Under the pieces are notes generated by a model. The model was not told where the DNA came from. It made no database searches and worked only from the letters and a program-made list of their open reading frames with translations. A stretch of 64,000 nucleotides of DNA from Macrostomum lignano (Eukaryota), in the NCBI GenBank assembly GCA_002269645.1, contig NIVC01000426.1:186001-250000 (forward strand), read 5' to 3'. Of the stretch, positions 1 through 12,989 are shown in pieces (within the stretch, counting starts at the first letter, position 1; the number at the start of each line of letters is the position of its first letter). The position numbers and the translations under genes were made by a program.

Positions 1-76
1 GAATGGTGTTGGCTGTACTGTGAATGAGTTGTTGGCTGTACTGTGAATGGGTCAGATCAGAAAATCAAGCAAATAC

Positions 77-2521
77 CTGAAACAGCCGCTCCCAGGACAG
101 CGAGTCCTCCAGCACAGGCCGGCCGCACTGGCTGGCCAGACGGCTCAGCAAAGCGTCCAGGGTGACCTCGCCCGGCCGGTCTGCCATCTGCGGGCGTTGC
201 GTTCGGTGTGACTGGTGCATCATCCCCGATCCTCCAGCTGCTACCCCTCTCCGATCCTTCAGCTGCCACCCCTCCCCGATCTTTTAGCTGCCACCCCTCC
301 CCGATCTTTCAGCTGCCACCCCTCCCCGATCCTTCAGCTGCCACCCCCCCCCCCCCAATCTTTCAGCTGCCACCCCCTCCCTCCTCGATCCTTCAGCTGC
401 CCCCCTCCCTCCCCGATCCTTCAGCTGCCACCCCCGATCCGTCCCTATTTTATACATATTCGTATCTGTATACAATTTATCCAGATTCGCACATAATATC
501 CGTTCAAGCTACTTATATGAAAGAAGACATCAGTAGCATATCCCCAGCCACTCACCTGCAATCCCTCAGCCTTAGCGTACTCCGTAATCAACTGTCGGAC
601 CTGTTTACCAGTCAAGCAGCTGCCTTTGCAGTGGCCCCAACGTTTGAACAGCTCCCCGCTGCTGGCCGTGACGAACAGGACGTCCTCGATGGTCAGCGGG
701 CCTTCGCCAGCAGCGCCGGAGCCGGCGGCACCAGCAGCCGCCGTCGACGCCGATGCAGCAGCCGGATCAACGTAGGTGAGCGAAGGCTGAAGTTCCACCT
801 GCAACAGGGGGTGTCGCCAGTTGATTGACACAACCGACATGACACCCTTATCGTTGTTGAGCTCTAACAGACCTTCGTCTTTCATCGCTTGCACAAATGC
901 TCCAAACTTCTTATAGCTGGTAGCCTTGAGATTTAGCGGGCTGCCGGACGAATACCTGGACATGTAGTTGGCTAGCAGGGAGCTGCACAGTATTGGCAAG
1001 TCTTTGTCGCGGATCTTTTGTAACAAAGAGTGCAATAGGCAGTTCAACAGGTGCCGATCTGCGGACTGAATGGTGGCAGAGTTGGTCAATTACTTCTAGC
1101 CAGGTTCTCTTCTCTTTAACAATTATAATATCACTGAATCTCCCATAAAGGGATTTTTATAATCCACTGAATCTCCCATAGAATTTTTACAATCCACTGA
1201 ATCTCCCATCGAGGGATTTTATAATCCACTGAATCTCCCATCGAGGGATTTTACAATCCACTGAATCTCCCATCGAGGGATTTTACAATCCACTGAATCT
1301 CCCATCAAGGGATTTTTACAATCCACTGAATCTCCCATCAAGGGATTTTTTACAATATACTGAATCTCCCATCAAGGGATTTTTACAATCCACTGAATCT
1401 CCCATCAAGGGATTTTTTTACAATCCACTGAATCTCCCATCAAGGGATTTTTTACAATATACTGAATCTCCCATCAAGAGATTTTTTACAATATACTGTA
1501 ATCTCTTATCAAGAGATTTTTACAATCCACTGAATCTCCCATCAAGGGATTTTTTACAATCCACTGAATCTCCCATCAAGGGATTTTTTACAATCCACTG
1601 AATCTCCCATCAAGGGATTTTTTACAATCCACTGAATCTCCCATCAAGGGATTTTTTACAATCCACTGAATCTCCCATCGAGGGATTTTACAATCTACTG
1701 AATCTCCCATCAAGGAGATTGAAATAAAAAACTCATTAAATATGCCACCATTCAAGAGTTAACACCTGCAAACGCACCTCTACAGCGGCCTCCGCATCGC
1801 TCTCGCCAGAGTCCTCGTCGAACTGTTCGTTAGGTTTGTTACAGCTTAAGTCCACGGACGCCGCGCCCATCTCTTCGGACAGTTGCGCCACCTTGACTTC
1901 AGCTTCTTCTTCTACAGCAGCGGCAGCGTCGGCAGTCGTGGGGCCGACACTCTGGTCTCCGCGCAGCCACAGCTGATCGCCGATCACGTGATCAACCAGT
2001 ACGGCCCTGCCCCGGCCTCCGCTGTTTGCCAGCTCGGCCGCGGTGGCCGCCGCCCGGCCAACAGCCACAAACTGGCCGGCAAGCCGCAGGCAGCACGGAG
2101 CACCGCGCGCTAACGAATCCGGCATCGGCGCCACCAAGCCCGGCGCCATCAGATCGGCGCCGTTCTGCAGCACCGACAACAGGCCGGAAGCGGCGTCAAC
2201 GCACGCGCCATTAGACATAAGCGGAGCGCGCCACAAGGCGTAGACAGTGGGGCGGAGGCCTTCACTAAAATCGTACAGTATTGGCTGGCCGGCTGCAAAG
2301 TACACGAAGCCCGTCTGGTCCGTGTGCGCCACAATCTTAGATTTGAACAAGTCGCACTTCCGGTTGCCACCGAGCAGGCGAATTTCCGCCTCGTCGCCGC
2401 CGGAAACTGCGAAAGCGTCCGGGTAGCAACGGCGAAGCTCGTCGAGCAGCTGCCGGCGCTCAGTGGATTTCAGCTTGGCGTGCGATTTGACGCGGAAGGG
2501 CTTGTGAAATAGACCGGGCAT
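77..2521 (-). CDS. EIF2D: Eukaryotic translation initiation factor 2D (ligatin), 5' exons; gene continues left of the window
   Basis: Exons 2521-1778, 1065-556 and 187-77, all GT-AG and phase 0. N-terminal MCT-1-like/PUA region (LLSVLQNGADLMAPG, VLVDHVIGDQLW), winged-helix-like segment (LPILCSSLLANYM...LNLKATSYKKFGAFVQAM) and SWIB-like segment (QVRQLITEYAKAEGLQ|MADRPGEVTLDALL). Confidence 0.93.
225..440. repeat. C-rich ~25-bp minisatellite (tcagctgccacccctccccgatcct) in an eIF2D intron
   Basis: Repeated units read directly. Confidence 0.85.
1130..1715. repeat. 32-35-bp minisatellite (tccactgaatctcccatcaagggattttttacaa) filling eIF2D intron 1
   Basis: About 17 copies that differ mainly in T-run length. 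Confidence 0.95.
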
Positions 2522-3257
2522 TGTTGGGCTGTGGTTGCATCAATTGTTATCAATTGGAAATTTACCCAGCAACCAAGACTCTCTCCTTAGCAACGCAGAT
2601 TCTACCTTGGCAACCAAGATTTTCTTCTTAGCAACGCAGAGATTCTACCATAGCAACCGAGACTCCCTCCTTAGCAACGCATATTCTACCTTAGCAACCA
2701 AGACTCTCTCCGTAGTAACCCAGAATTTTCCTTACAAACAATATTTAGCTACATCAGTAAGCAATACAAAACCGGGGAACTTGGACCCCACCTGGGATTC
2801 TGGGAAACAACGTATATCGATAGACCTCACATTAGCAAGCCCGAAATTGCAAATAGAGGAGAGCAAAAAATAAAGTAAAACAGAAAAATTTCTCACATTG
2901 ATACAAGGTCGGCCAGAAAGGTTTGTTAAAGTCTGACTTAGATAAAATTTAAATCAAATAACCAGGCAAAAATTTGCGCATCAAAAAGTTCTCCCAGTAA
3001 AATGTACAAATTTGCAAAGGGGTGAGGTAACGAAAAAATGATTCAATTGCAGGACGTCATAGACAACCGTTAAGAAATCAACAATGCAGAAACATTACTA
3101 CTTATTATCCATATACTAAAAATTTCTGTCTAAATTTAAATAGTAACGAATGTTTCTTGTGGAAAAAATCGAAAAATATGCTAAAATGCAATGCAGTTAA
3201 GCATTTGCAGAATAATATTTTCCACTATTTGCTAAAACTAATAGACGGAACTGCTGC

Positions 3258-4576
3258 CTATGCTTCAATAGACGGAGACCTGTGCGAATACCAGGACAGG
3301 AACACGTCCCACACGGCAGCCAGGCCTGTCACAAAGAACAGCCTCAGCCTAGTTGGCAGCCAATAGAAATTCACGGCCTGAGCGGCCGGCCACACGCAGG
3401 CTTCGACAGCCAGGGCGGTGGGAAATTTATCCCGACAGTAAGACAGGCTGTCGCGCCAGGACCGGCCTTCCATCAGAGGCAGGGCAGTGAAGAAGGCCAG
3501 GTTGAAGCAGACGCCAAACACCGCCTGGTCCAGCAGAATCTGCAGTGAAAAGGGTGGCAGGAGACTGGGGAATCAGGGAGGAACATAGCGGGGAGCCTGA
3601 GGAATCAGGGAGGAACATAGCGGGGAGCCTGAGGAATCAGGGAGGAACATAGCGGGGAGCCTGAGGAATCAGGGAGGGGACATATCGGGGAGCCTGAGGA
3701 ATCAGGGAGGAACATAGCGGGGAGCCTGAGGAATCAGGGAGGAACATAGCGGGGAGCCTGAGGAATCAGGGAGGGGACATATCAGGGAGCCTGAGGAATC
3801 AAAGAGGGGACATAGTGGGGGAGCCTGAGGAATCAGGGAGGGGACAGTGGGGAAGCCTGAGGAATCAGGGAGGAACATAGCGGGGAGCCTGAGGAATCAG
3901 GGAGGGACAGTGGGGAAGCCTGAGGAATCAGGGAGGAACATAGCGGGGAGCCTGAGGAATCAGGGAGGAACATAGCGGGGAGCCTGAGGAATCAGGGAGG
4001 GGACATAGCGGGGAGCCTGAGGAATCAGGGAGGGGACATAGCGGGGAGCCTGAGGAATCAGGGAGGAACATAGCGGGGAGCCTGAGGAATCAGGGAGGAA
4101 CATAGCGGGGAGCCTGAGGAATCAGGGAGGAACATAGCGGGGAGCCTGAGGAATCAGGGAGGAACATAGCGGGGAGCCTGAGGAATCAGGGAGGGGACAT
4201 AGCGGGGAGCCTGAGGAATCAGGAAGAACTGCAGACAGAAGCCAAACGCTACCTTGGCCAGCATAGTTCCAGGTGTCCGTCCAGGCAACCGCCTGTCCAG
4301 CGCCAGGTACCAATAGTGAGCCGGCACGGCGCCAATCAGGCCAATCAGGCCCAGCCTGCCGGAGCGGCGCCAATCGTGCGCCCTAATGGCGCTGCTACCG
4401 CCAGCCAGAGTTTCAATTCGTTGAGCGGCGCAATCGGCCAGAACGAAGAGGCTGCCAGCTGTGGCGCAGTTCGTTGCTAAGAGGTAACGCGGCGAATAGG
4501 CCGCTGCCAGGAGGCGCTTGGCTGCTAGCTGCCAGGACTGCAATGGTGGGATTGCATTGCTTGAGGTATTTCCCAT
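3258..4576 (-). CDS. MPV17L2: Mpv17/PMP22 family membrane protein, MPV17L2-like, 201 aa
   Basis: Exons 4576-4253 and 3539-3258 (AAG|GTAGCG ... ctgcag|ATT). Motifs LLATN, DWRRS, HYWYLALDRRLP, K|ILLDQ, CVWPAAQAVNFYWLP, WDVFLSW. Confidence 0.88.
3560..4225. repeat. 32-bp minisatellite (cagggaggaacatagcggggagcctgaggaat) filling the MPV17L2 intron
   Basis: About 20 tandem copies. Confidence 0.95.
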
Positions 4577-4679
4577 TGGAAATTTTTGTTGCTGGGATTA
4601 GTGCCAAATTATTCGGGATTCGGACGGTTGGGATCTGGGCTTATTGTGTCATATCCATAGGGATTTGGAAGGTTGTAAT

Positions 4680-5385
4680 AGTGGCAGATGGGGATTTGGA
4701 AGGTTGGGATAGTGACAGATGGGGATTTGGAAGGTTGGGATAGTGGCAGATGGGGATTTGGAAGGTTGGGATAGTGGCAGATGGAGATTTGGAAGGTTGG
4801 GATAGTGGCAGATGGAGATTTGGAAGGTTGGGATAGTGGCAGATGGAGATTTGGAAGGTTGGGATAGTGGCAGATGGAGATTTGGAAGGTTGGGATAGTG
4901 GCAGATGGAGATTTGGAAGGTTGGGATAGTGACAGATGGGGATTTGGAAGGTTGGGATAGTGGCAGATGGGGATTTGGAAGGTTGGGATAGTGGCAGATG
5001 GAGATCTGGAAGGTTGGGATAGTGGCAGATGGAGATTTGGAAGGTTGGGATAGTGACAGATGGGGATTTGGAAGGTTGGGATAGTGGCAGATGGAGATTT
5101 GGAAGGTTGGGATAGTGGCAGATGGAGATTTGGAAGGTTGGGATAGTGGCAGATGGGGATTTGGAAGGTTGGGATAGTGGCAGATGGAGATTTGGAAGGT
5201 TGGGATAGTGGCAGATGGGGATTTGGAAGGTTGGGATAGTGGCAGATGGAGATTTGGAAGGTTGGGATAGTGACAGATGGGGATTTGGAAGGTTGGGATA
5301 GTGGCAGATGGAGATTTGGAAGGTTGGGATAGTGGCAGATGGAGATTTGGAAGGTTGGGATAGTGGCAGATGGGGATTTGGATAA
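4680..5385. repeat. 31-bp minisatellite (gggatagtggcagatggagatttggaaggtt)
   Basis: About 22 tandem copies upstream of the MPV17L2 ATG. Confidence 0.95.
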
Positions 5386-5833
5386 TTAGGAAAGTGGTAG
5401 AAAGGGATTTAGAAGGTTGGGATAATGAAGATAGGGATCTAGACAGTTGGAATAGGGCTTATATGAACACAAATGTTAGTTTTATATCAAATAATGAATA
5501 TATTATAAACTTTATATAGAAGTAAAAACTAAATAATTTTATTATAGCCTTATACAAGCTAAGGGAAATTGTCTGCTAGCATCCAAAAAGTAATTAATTC
5601 TCATCCCTCATATAGTTACATAACTGAAGTCAAGTAATTATCTTACCAGTGGGATACATATAGCTATTTTCTTATTATAGTTAATTGGCTCTAATGCAAT
5701 CATTAAAATTGGCTATGGAGTCTCTTGAATGTATGCACACATTGAGAAAATGGAAAATTATCTTTATAAGTTTTGTAGCTGATTTTATTCTTTCTTTAAA
5801 AAGTGGTTTCATCTGTTGGCAGATAGATATAGA

Positions 5834-6234
5834 CAGTGGCGGCGCAGGGGGGGGGGGGGGGGGGGAGGCGGGCTGCACCCGGGTGACCACCCCTCACCAC
5901 CCTCAGGGGGTGACCACCCCCAGGGGATGACCACTCACTTAAAAAAATTGGTACTTTCGTCTTTACCATATTTTTTCAAAAGTGTGGTCACCCCATGGGG
6001 CATGGGGGGTCACCTGAGACCTCAGGGGGGTGGTCACCCGGTAGGGCCTGTAGGCTGTAAGGGTGGTCACCCTTTGAGGGCAAACCACGAACTGGGCCTA
6101 GGCGATAACGAATCCTAACAATTTTGGAAAGCGATTTTTTTTGATAATTTTTTCTGGGGGTGACCACCCAGCCGGGGGGGGGGGTGACCACCCAACCACC
6201 GCCCCCCCCAGCTGGAGGTCCTGCGCCGCCACTG
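5834..6234. mobile_element. Non-autonomous hAT-type MITE
   Basis: 15-bp TIRs CAGTGGCGGCGCAGG...CCTGCGCCGCCACTG. Perfect 8-bp TSD gatataga (5826-5833 and 6235-6242). Internal GGTGACCACCC motifs in both orientations. Confidence 0.92.
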
Positions 6235-6534
6235 GATATAGATAAGCAAATAGATAAAGGTTTTTTTCATTTTTAGTATATGTACTAGCCATGTAGCCCC
6301 TCTTTGGGGGGAAGCTTAAACATAACTTCCATTTCCCGTTGAACCCGTTGGGAAGCAAAGAATGAATGTAATAATATTATTAATAATGTAATTAAATAAC
6401 ATAAAATAATAATGTACATGTGACACTTTATTCCAACCCTAGCTAACATCATCTTTATATACCAGGCTTGTATAATATGTTGACATTCAATTGCCTAACA
6501 GGAACAGTAATAGCAAGCACTCCCCCTAAGTCTA

Positions 6535-7662
6535 AAGCATTCCCCAGACAGCAAGCATCCCCCAGATAGCAAGCATCCCCCAGATAGCAAGCATCCCCCA
6601 GATAGCAAGCATCCCCCAGATAGCAAGCATCTCCTAGACAGCAAGCATCCCCCAGATAGCAAGCATCCCCCAGATAGCAAGCATCCCCCAAATAGCAAGC
6701 ATCCCCCAGATAGCAAGCATCCCCCAGATAGCAAGCATCCCCCAGATAGCAAGCATCTCCTAGACAGCAAGCATCCCCCAGATAGCAAGCATCCCCCAGA
6801 TAGCAAGCATCTCCTAGACAGCAAGCATCCCCAAGATAGCAAGCATCTCCTAGATAGCAAGCATCCCCCAGATAGCAAGCATCCCCCAGATAGCAAGCAT
6901 CCCCCAGACAGAAAGCATCCCCCCAGACAGCAAGCATCTCCTAGACAGCAAGCATCCCCCAGATAGCAAGCATCCCCCAGATAGCAAGCATCCCCCAAAT
7001 AGCAAGCATCCCCCAGATAGCAAGCATCCCCCTAGACAGCAAGCATCCCCCAGATAGCAAGCATCCACCAGACAGCAAGCATCCCCCAGACAGCAAGCAT
7101 CCCCAAGATAGCAAGCATCTCCTAGATAGCAAGCATCCCCCAAATAGCAAGCATCCCCCAGATAGCAAGCATCCACCAGACAGAAAGCATCCCCCAGACA
7201 GCAAGCATCCCCAAGATAGCAAGCATCTCCTAGATAGCAAGCATCCCCCAGATAGCAAGCATCCCCCAGATAGCAAGCATCCCCCAGACAGAAAGCATCC
7301 CCCCAGACAGCAAGCATCTCCTAGACAGCAAGCATCCCCCAGATAGCAAGCATCCCCCAGATAGCAAGCATCCCCCAAATAGCAAGCATCCCCCAGATAG
7401 CAAGCATCCCCCTAGACAGCAAGCATCCCCCAGATAGCAAGCATCCACCAGACAGCAAGCATCCCCCAGACAGCAAGCATCCCCAAGATAGCAAGCATCT
7501 CCTAGATAGCAAGCATCCCCCAGATAGCAAGCATCCCCCAGATAGCAAGCATCCCCTAGACAGCAAGCATCTCCTAGACAGCAAGCATCCCCCAGATAGC
7601 AAGCATCCCCCAGATAGCAAGCATCCCCCAAATAGCAAGCATCCCCCAGATAGCAAGCATCT
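6535..7662. repeat. 18-bp minisatellite (agcaagcatcccccagat) with a ~380-bp higher-order duplication
   Basis: More than 60 units. A variant marker gaaagcatcccccc recurs at 6911 and 7291. Confidence 0.95.
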
Positions 7663-8593
7663 CTCAGTTGTTGCTTTGCAAGTCTACTATTCTGTGATTT
7701 AGGTTTCTTTTCCTTTTTGGGATAACAAAGCCAGTTAATTCAATGGACAAATATATTTGCACATCATGTAGATAAACAAAATGAAGGATTTCAATATATA
7801 TGAATACAAATATGAATAAAGAGACGAAGGATCAAACAAAGAAGATGTTTTTAGTCTATGGCCTAAGTCATAATTGGCTCTGACTGCGAGCAAAAATACA
7901 CTAAAAGCATAGGCAAAAAGCAGGTTTTCTTAACTTTAAAGGGCCATCTTTGTGAATCTCAAGAATCAAAATAGTCATGCACAGTCACATAAAAATTTCC
8001 AATCAAATGGTGCAAGTTTGATAAATTTTGGTCTAACAGTCTAGGAGGAGTATTGAAATACCTACAATATGATTTTCATCTTTAGTATTAAGAAAGTATT
8101 AAGAAAGACTTTAGTATATTGGAATTTTTAATGCTGACTTGCCAATCAATACTGTAGTCTAAGAAGAAATTTGCAACAAACATATACATCTAGACAAACA
8201 AATATTGATAGACTTTTAGTATATATAGAGACTATAAGCTTAAAAGTATTTATAATAAAAATGTAATTAAATTTTATAATCTTAAGTTTATGTAGGCCCA
8301 GCCTAATTAGTTAGCTTGAATTATGAATTTATATAGATTACTACAATTTACAAATTTTTATAATCAAATTAATTTTGTTATACTGTTATATAAATTTTTT
8401 TCATAATTGTTTAGCATTAGCATAATAGCATTAGTTTATCAATGCTATCAATGCAAACAAAGGCAGTGCTTATCCCCACGGTACCGTAGGAATAATTTCT
8501 GTCTTATTCCAACGGTACCGTGGGGATAATTTTCTGCTTATCCGCACGGCACATTGACGAGATAGCTGCCCCATCTTCTACATATGCCGTGGG

Positions 8594-9766
8594 CAGTGTT
8601 GGGCAAGTTACTCAAAAAAAGTAACTTGCGTTACTGTAACTTAAGTTACCACTTTTTAAAAAGTAACTTACGTTAGCCTAGTAACTTTGAACAAAAACCC
8701 GGTAACTTTTAAGTTACTTCCGTTACTTACTTCCGTTACCTATGTTATAAACAAAATTTTCTGCTTTTTTAACATTGCAAATGTGCTGGAACAGCACAAA
8801 TGATCGCGAAAGCCAGAAGGAAAAATACAACAAAATTAATTTCAGTAACTGTATTAAATTTTAATCACTTTAGGCCCTTTCCGTAAAAAGAAGAGAAGCT
8901 GAAGGTCAGAAACGTTAAAGGCAAAACGCAATTTAATTTTTAATAACATTATAAGTTATAATACACAAGGACAACTTAACGTAACTTCAGTTGTCCTTGA
9001 TAATACATCGCTCGTAATAAGTACCTGGCTTTACTCCACTCTACAGTCTGCTTTACTAGTCTTTTTATTTTCAATTATTTGAAATTTTTTTCAATTTTTT
9101 CAATTATTTTTCAATTCATTAATATTAAATTATTGTGCAGTGCAGTGCAGTGCCAGTGGACTTTAGTGGTGTAGCCAGGGAGGCCGCCTTAACAATCGTT
9201 GGGGCGGCAACTTCACCCCACCTGCAAGACACCCCACCAGGGGGGTGGGGTTGGGCGTGGCGGGTGCATGAGGCATGGCCAGCCAGGCCAACCCGCCCCC
9301 CCCCCCCAATTAAAATTCCTGGCTACGTCGATCACTGAGTGGATTTGTGGAGACTACAGATGAATTTCTTTCTTTGGTTGTTTGTTTCTAAGAACTAAAC
9401 AAAATATTTTTATTAACTTAAAAACGAAAGCAAAAATATTTTACCGAAAATAACAAAGTAAAAACATGTTTCAAGTATTTCTTTATTAATTACAGCGTAA
9501 TACCGTATGATATTATTCACTTAGTTTTGAATTTAAGAATGAAAAATGCTAAAAATGTGACAACTGGCGTAATAGCTAAGCATATCAGTTTTAAATTTAA
9601 ATATTGCGATTGTTGCAAAGTAACTGTAACGGACTTCCGAAATTTGAGTAACTTACCGTTACTCCGTTACCAAAATAGGAAAGTAACTTGCGTAAGGAAC
9701 GCTTTACGAAAAAGTAACTTGCGTTACCATTTACAAGTTACTCGGTAACGGAAGTGCCCAACACTG
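8594..9766. mobile_element. Non-autonomous hAT element nested in the 8462-10234 element
   Basis: TIRs CAGTGTTGGGCA...TGCCCAACACTG. Perfect 8-bp TSD gccgtggg (8586-8593 and 9767-9774). Subterminal GTAAC/GTTAC repeats. Confidence 0.92.
9163..9337. mobile_element. Degenerate hAT-type MITE (innermost element of the nest)
   Basis: Imperfect TIRs tagtggtgtagccagg / cctggctacgtcgatcactg. Flanks agtggact / agtggatt match at 7 of 8 positions. Confidence 0.55.
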
Positions 9767-11399
9767 GCCGTGGGAATAATTTTCTGCTTATCCGCACGGG
9801 TGAATTGTTGAAGCAATGCAATAATCTGTACAGACAAATTGAGAATTTACATGTCTAGTAAGAAGTCTACAGAAGCAGCGGCAATGGACTTTTCGGGGAT
9901 GTCGGGATTAGACTAGTTGCTAAAAGTTCTTAAATTGTAAACAATTACTAGAGCAATTCTTCTTAATCATACTTCATAAATACAAAAAAGTGTTTTTTTG
10001 CGTTAAAAGGCCATTAAATCTTTACTTCTAAAAAAATAATGGCCAAGCAAAGTTATGTTGTTATACTGCACTCAAACCGTAAGTACTAAACTAAATTATG
10101 AACCCACGGCATATGTAGAAGATGGGGCAGCTATCTCGTCAGTGTGCCGTGCGGATAAGCAGAAAATTATCCCCACGGTACCGTTGGAATAAGACAGAAA
10201 TTATTCCTACGGTACCGTGGGGATAAGCACTGCCAAAAACAAAATGATATATATAACAATGAGAAAGGATTATGTTTAGTATTTATACTTAAATTATAAT
10301 AAATTATTACAAGCCTCTTTCATTTTATTGCATGTCTTATTGTTGATACTAAATTACTAATCACTAATCAATTTAAAATTTACCTAGACCTAGGCTAGTT
10401 CTTTCAGGATTACATTAGACTTAATAAATAGGCTATCTAGTTGGCTAGCCAACTGATAGCAATGCCAAGCTGACAATTAAAGTTGTAGACTTTTAGAAAG
10501 TACTTTATACATATGATTTGTAATTCTAGCCTTCGACGCAATACAGGCGAAATAGCAAAAATACTAGTAGGGCTTCGGCCCCCAGCTGGACTGGACACAG
10601 CCGGCGCGCTCGACGCCGCGATAATACCAAACGACGACTTTGAATATGCGCGATATAGATGATTAAACTGACGACCGCCGATCATAGCTTACAATTGAAG
10701 CTAACAATGTGTCTTTGTCCGGATAGCTATTCGACCAAAATTCTCCTTAATTGCGACACTTTCTGGATAAAAAAACAACACATCTAATAGGGTGTTTAAG
10801 TTACTTAAAATAATTGCTCTGGGAAATTTTTCGTTTATAACAGATATAGCCAAACAAACGAACGCATGGACAAACAACATCTATATAGAGTGGTTCTCTA
10901 TAAAAATATTTTCTCTGCGAACTTTTCGTTTATAACAGCTAGCCTACACCAACTTCTAGGTCAGGTCAGTCCCCGACTGCTACTGGTACCATATGTAAAC
11001 CATGCAGTTATACATGTCTGTTGGTGGAATGATCGGCGAGTTAATCGCCCCCCCCCCCAATAGTTCAGCCTATACTAATTAGGAGTGTCTGGACACGTTG
11101 CAGTGCAGGATGAAAAACAAGACATGCCAAAAGGCGGGTGAACTCATGAGTCAACGGCTATATTCAGCTAGAGATGATGTCTCAACAACATTAACTGAGG
11201 CAGCAAGCTATGGCAAACTATACTGCCGTCATCTTTGCCAAGTAAAACCATGGTCAAACACAAACACACAAAAATCCACGACGTGAAGGGTTCCTCACCA
11301 CAATGGGGGGGGGCTTCACAAGACCGACATTTCACAACGCCGAAAATTTTGCGTGGTCCAATAATTGTTATATCAGAGAAATAACTAGAAATTAAGAGG

Positions 11400-12890
11400 T
11401 TGCACTGCGTCTGGATGCATCAAGTCTAGAAGTGGAAGAAGATCATGTTGGAAAGTAGAAGGTGCTGGAACGGTGGTTTGAATATGTCACCGATCTCTTC
11501 GATGATCACCGTAGTGTGCGAGAAGCCTAAACATCAGAGATGTCATCAGGAGGATGAAATCAAACAAAAACTACCGATCCTGACCAGATTTAATCAGCTA
11601 AATAAATTAAGTGCCAGAATGAGTTCTGAATCGATAAAGTTACTGAAATTGTGAATGAAATCTACGAGTGGAAAAAATTCCGGAAGATATGAGTGAGTCA
11701 ATCTTCATCGCGATATGCTTTCTGGAGCACAAAGACCAGGAGCAACTGAATGTGATTACACCGAACAATAAGTCTCATGACCCACATTACATGTACCAAA
11801 GTGCTGATGAGGGTTCGAATGATGAGCGCGAAACAGAGATTACGACCACACGTTGAGATCTCTGAAGTTCAGTGCGGGGCTTTGTTGAGGACTGGTGTCC
11901 GAAATGCCATTCTCGCTGTTCGATTCCTGAGTGAAAGAGCTATATTGAAATGAAGAAGAATCTGTACGTAGTTGTGTTTTATGGACTATGCAAAGGCCTT
12001 TGATAGTGTCAGACATGAAGAATTGATGAAGATGTTCGAAGAAATTTGACATTGATGTAAAAGACCTTCGAATTCTTAGCAATCTGCATTGGAAGCAAAG
12101 TGCGGCTATAAAGATTAACAATGAACTGACAAAGTTTGCGGTGATTAAGAAAGGTGTCAGGCAAGGCTGTCCTCTCTCCTGGTGTATTCAACCTGTACAG
12201 TAAGAAGATTCTGCGAGAGATCGGAGACCTACCAGGACTCGTCATCGGAAGACGGAACTTGACCAAAATGAGATATGCTGATGACACAGTGCTCATTACG
12301 AAAACGGAAGAGAAGTTGCAAGAAACAGTGATGCGAGCCACTGGAAAGTGAGAAGATGGGTTCAGAAGGCATTGGTTGCTACCAAACAGAAGGAAGCTTC
12401 AGTGCGCAACATTACCATAAAATGGTGAACATGCGAAGCTTAATAACTTCGGGTGGAAAATGTGAACACGGAGAATTAAACGGAGAATCAGCATGGCAAA
12501 GGATGCCTTCCATGCAACAGATGAAGAAATCCAGACAAATGGGTAAGTCGAAGAAGAAGTTAAGAATTCTTGTCTGCTGTCTCCCTGTTCTCACACATGA
12601 GTCGGAGTGCTGAACAATAACACCGGCAATGGAGAAAAGAATCGAGGAAGAGGAATTGTGGTTCTCGAGGTGAACTCAGCTGGGTCAGTCACAGAGAATG
12701 AAGATGTTCTGCTGGTTGTAGAAGGAAGTTGATAGCGAAAATTCGGAGATGGTAGAGTAGATGGAGTTCTTTGGCCATATTATGAGAAAGGAAGGAATGG
12801 AAGATTAAAGGAAGCTAGGAGATCGTGGAAGACAGGCAGTAAAGCTTTCTAAAGAACCTGTCTCAATGAATGAACATGAACAGCTTGGAA
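11400..12890 (+). mobile_element. Decayed RTE/BovB-like non-LTR retrotransposon RT fragment
   Basis: Frame-disrupted motifs ERWFEY, DYAKAFDSVRHEEL, GVRQGCPLS and RYADDTVL, with many stops and frameshifts. Confidence 0.85.
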
Positions 12891-12908
12891 ATTACTTCAC
12901 GCCCTAAT

Positions 12909-12987
<79 letters not shown>
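12909..12987. repeat. (GA)n microsatellite
   Basis: Read directly. Confidence 0.95.

Positions 12988-12989
<2 letters not shown>

Larger units (their letters stand above)
8462..10234. mobile_element. Non-autonomous DNA transposon with ~130-bp TIRs (outer element of a nest)
   Basis: GGCAGTGCTTATCCCCACGGTACC... at 8462-8593 is inverted at ~10103-10234 with very few mismatches. Flanks gcaaacaaa / aaaaacaaa are an imperfect 9-bp match, so the superfamily is unresolved. Confidence 0.85.

Noticed and set aside
1130-1715. CRISPR-like regular 32-35-bp repeats (also 3560-4225, 58345-58522)
   Set aside because: Head-to-tail repeats with no unique spacers, no cas genes, and a eukaryotic intron context.
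6455-7656. Long ORFs such as (GDACYL)n
   Set aside because: They translate an 18-bp non-coding array. The same applies to the repeat ORFs at 35-39 kb, 43.4-43.8 kb (the HPHHSVT tail), 45.3-47.5 kb, 49-51 kb, 53-55 kb and 57-61.7 kb: units are stop-free by chance and most lie inside introns defined by splice sites.
10437-10685. 82-aa ORF in a small GC-rich island
   Set aside because: No motif, no clear splice partners, and composition decays into AT-rich sequence.
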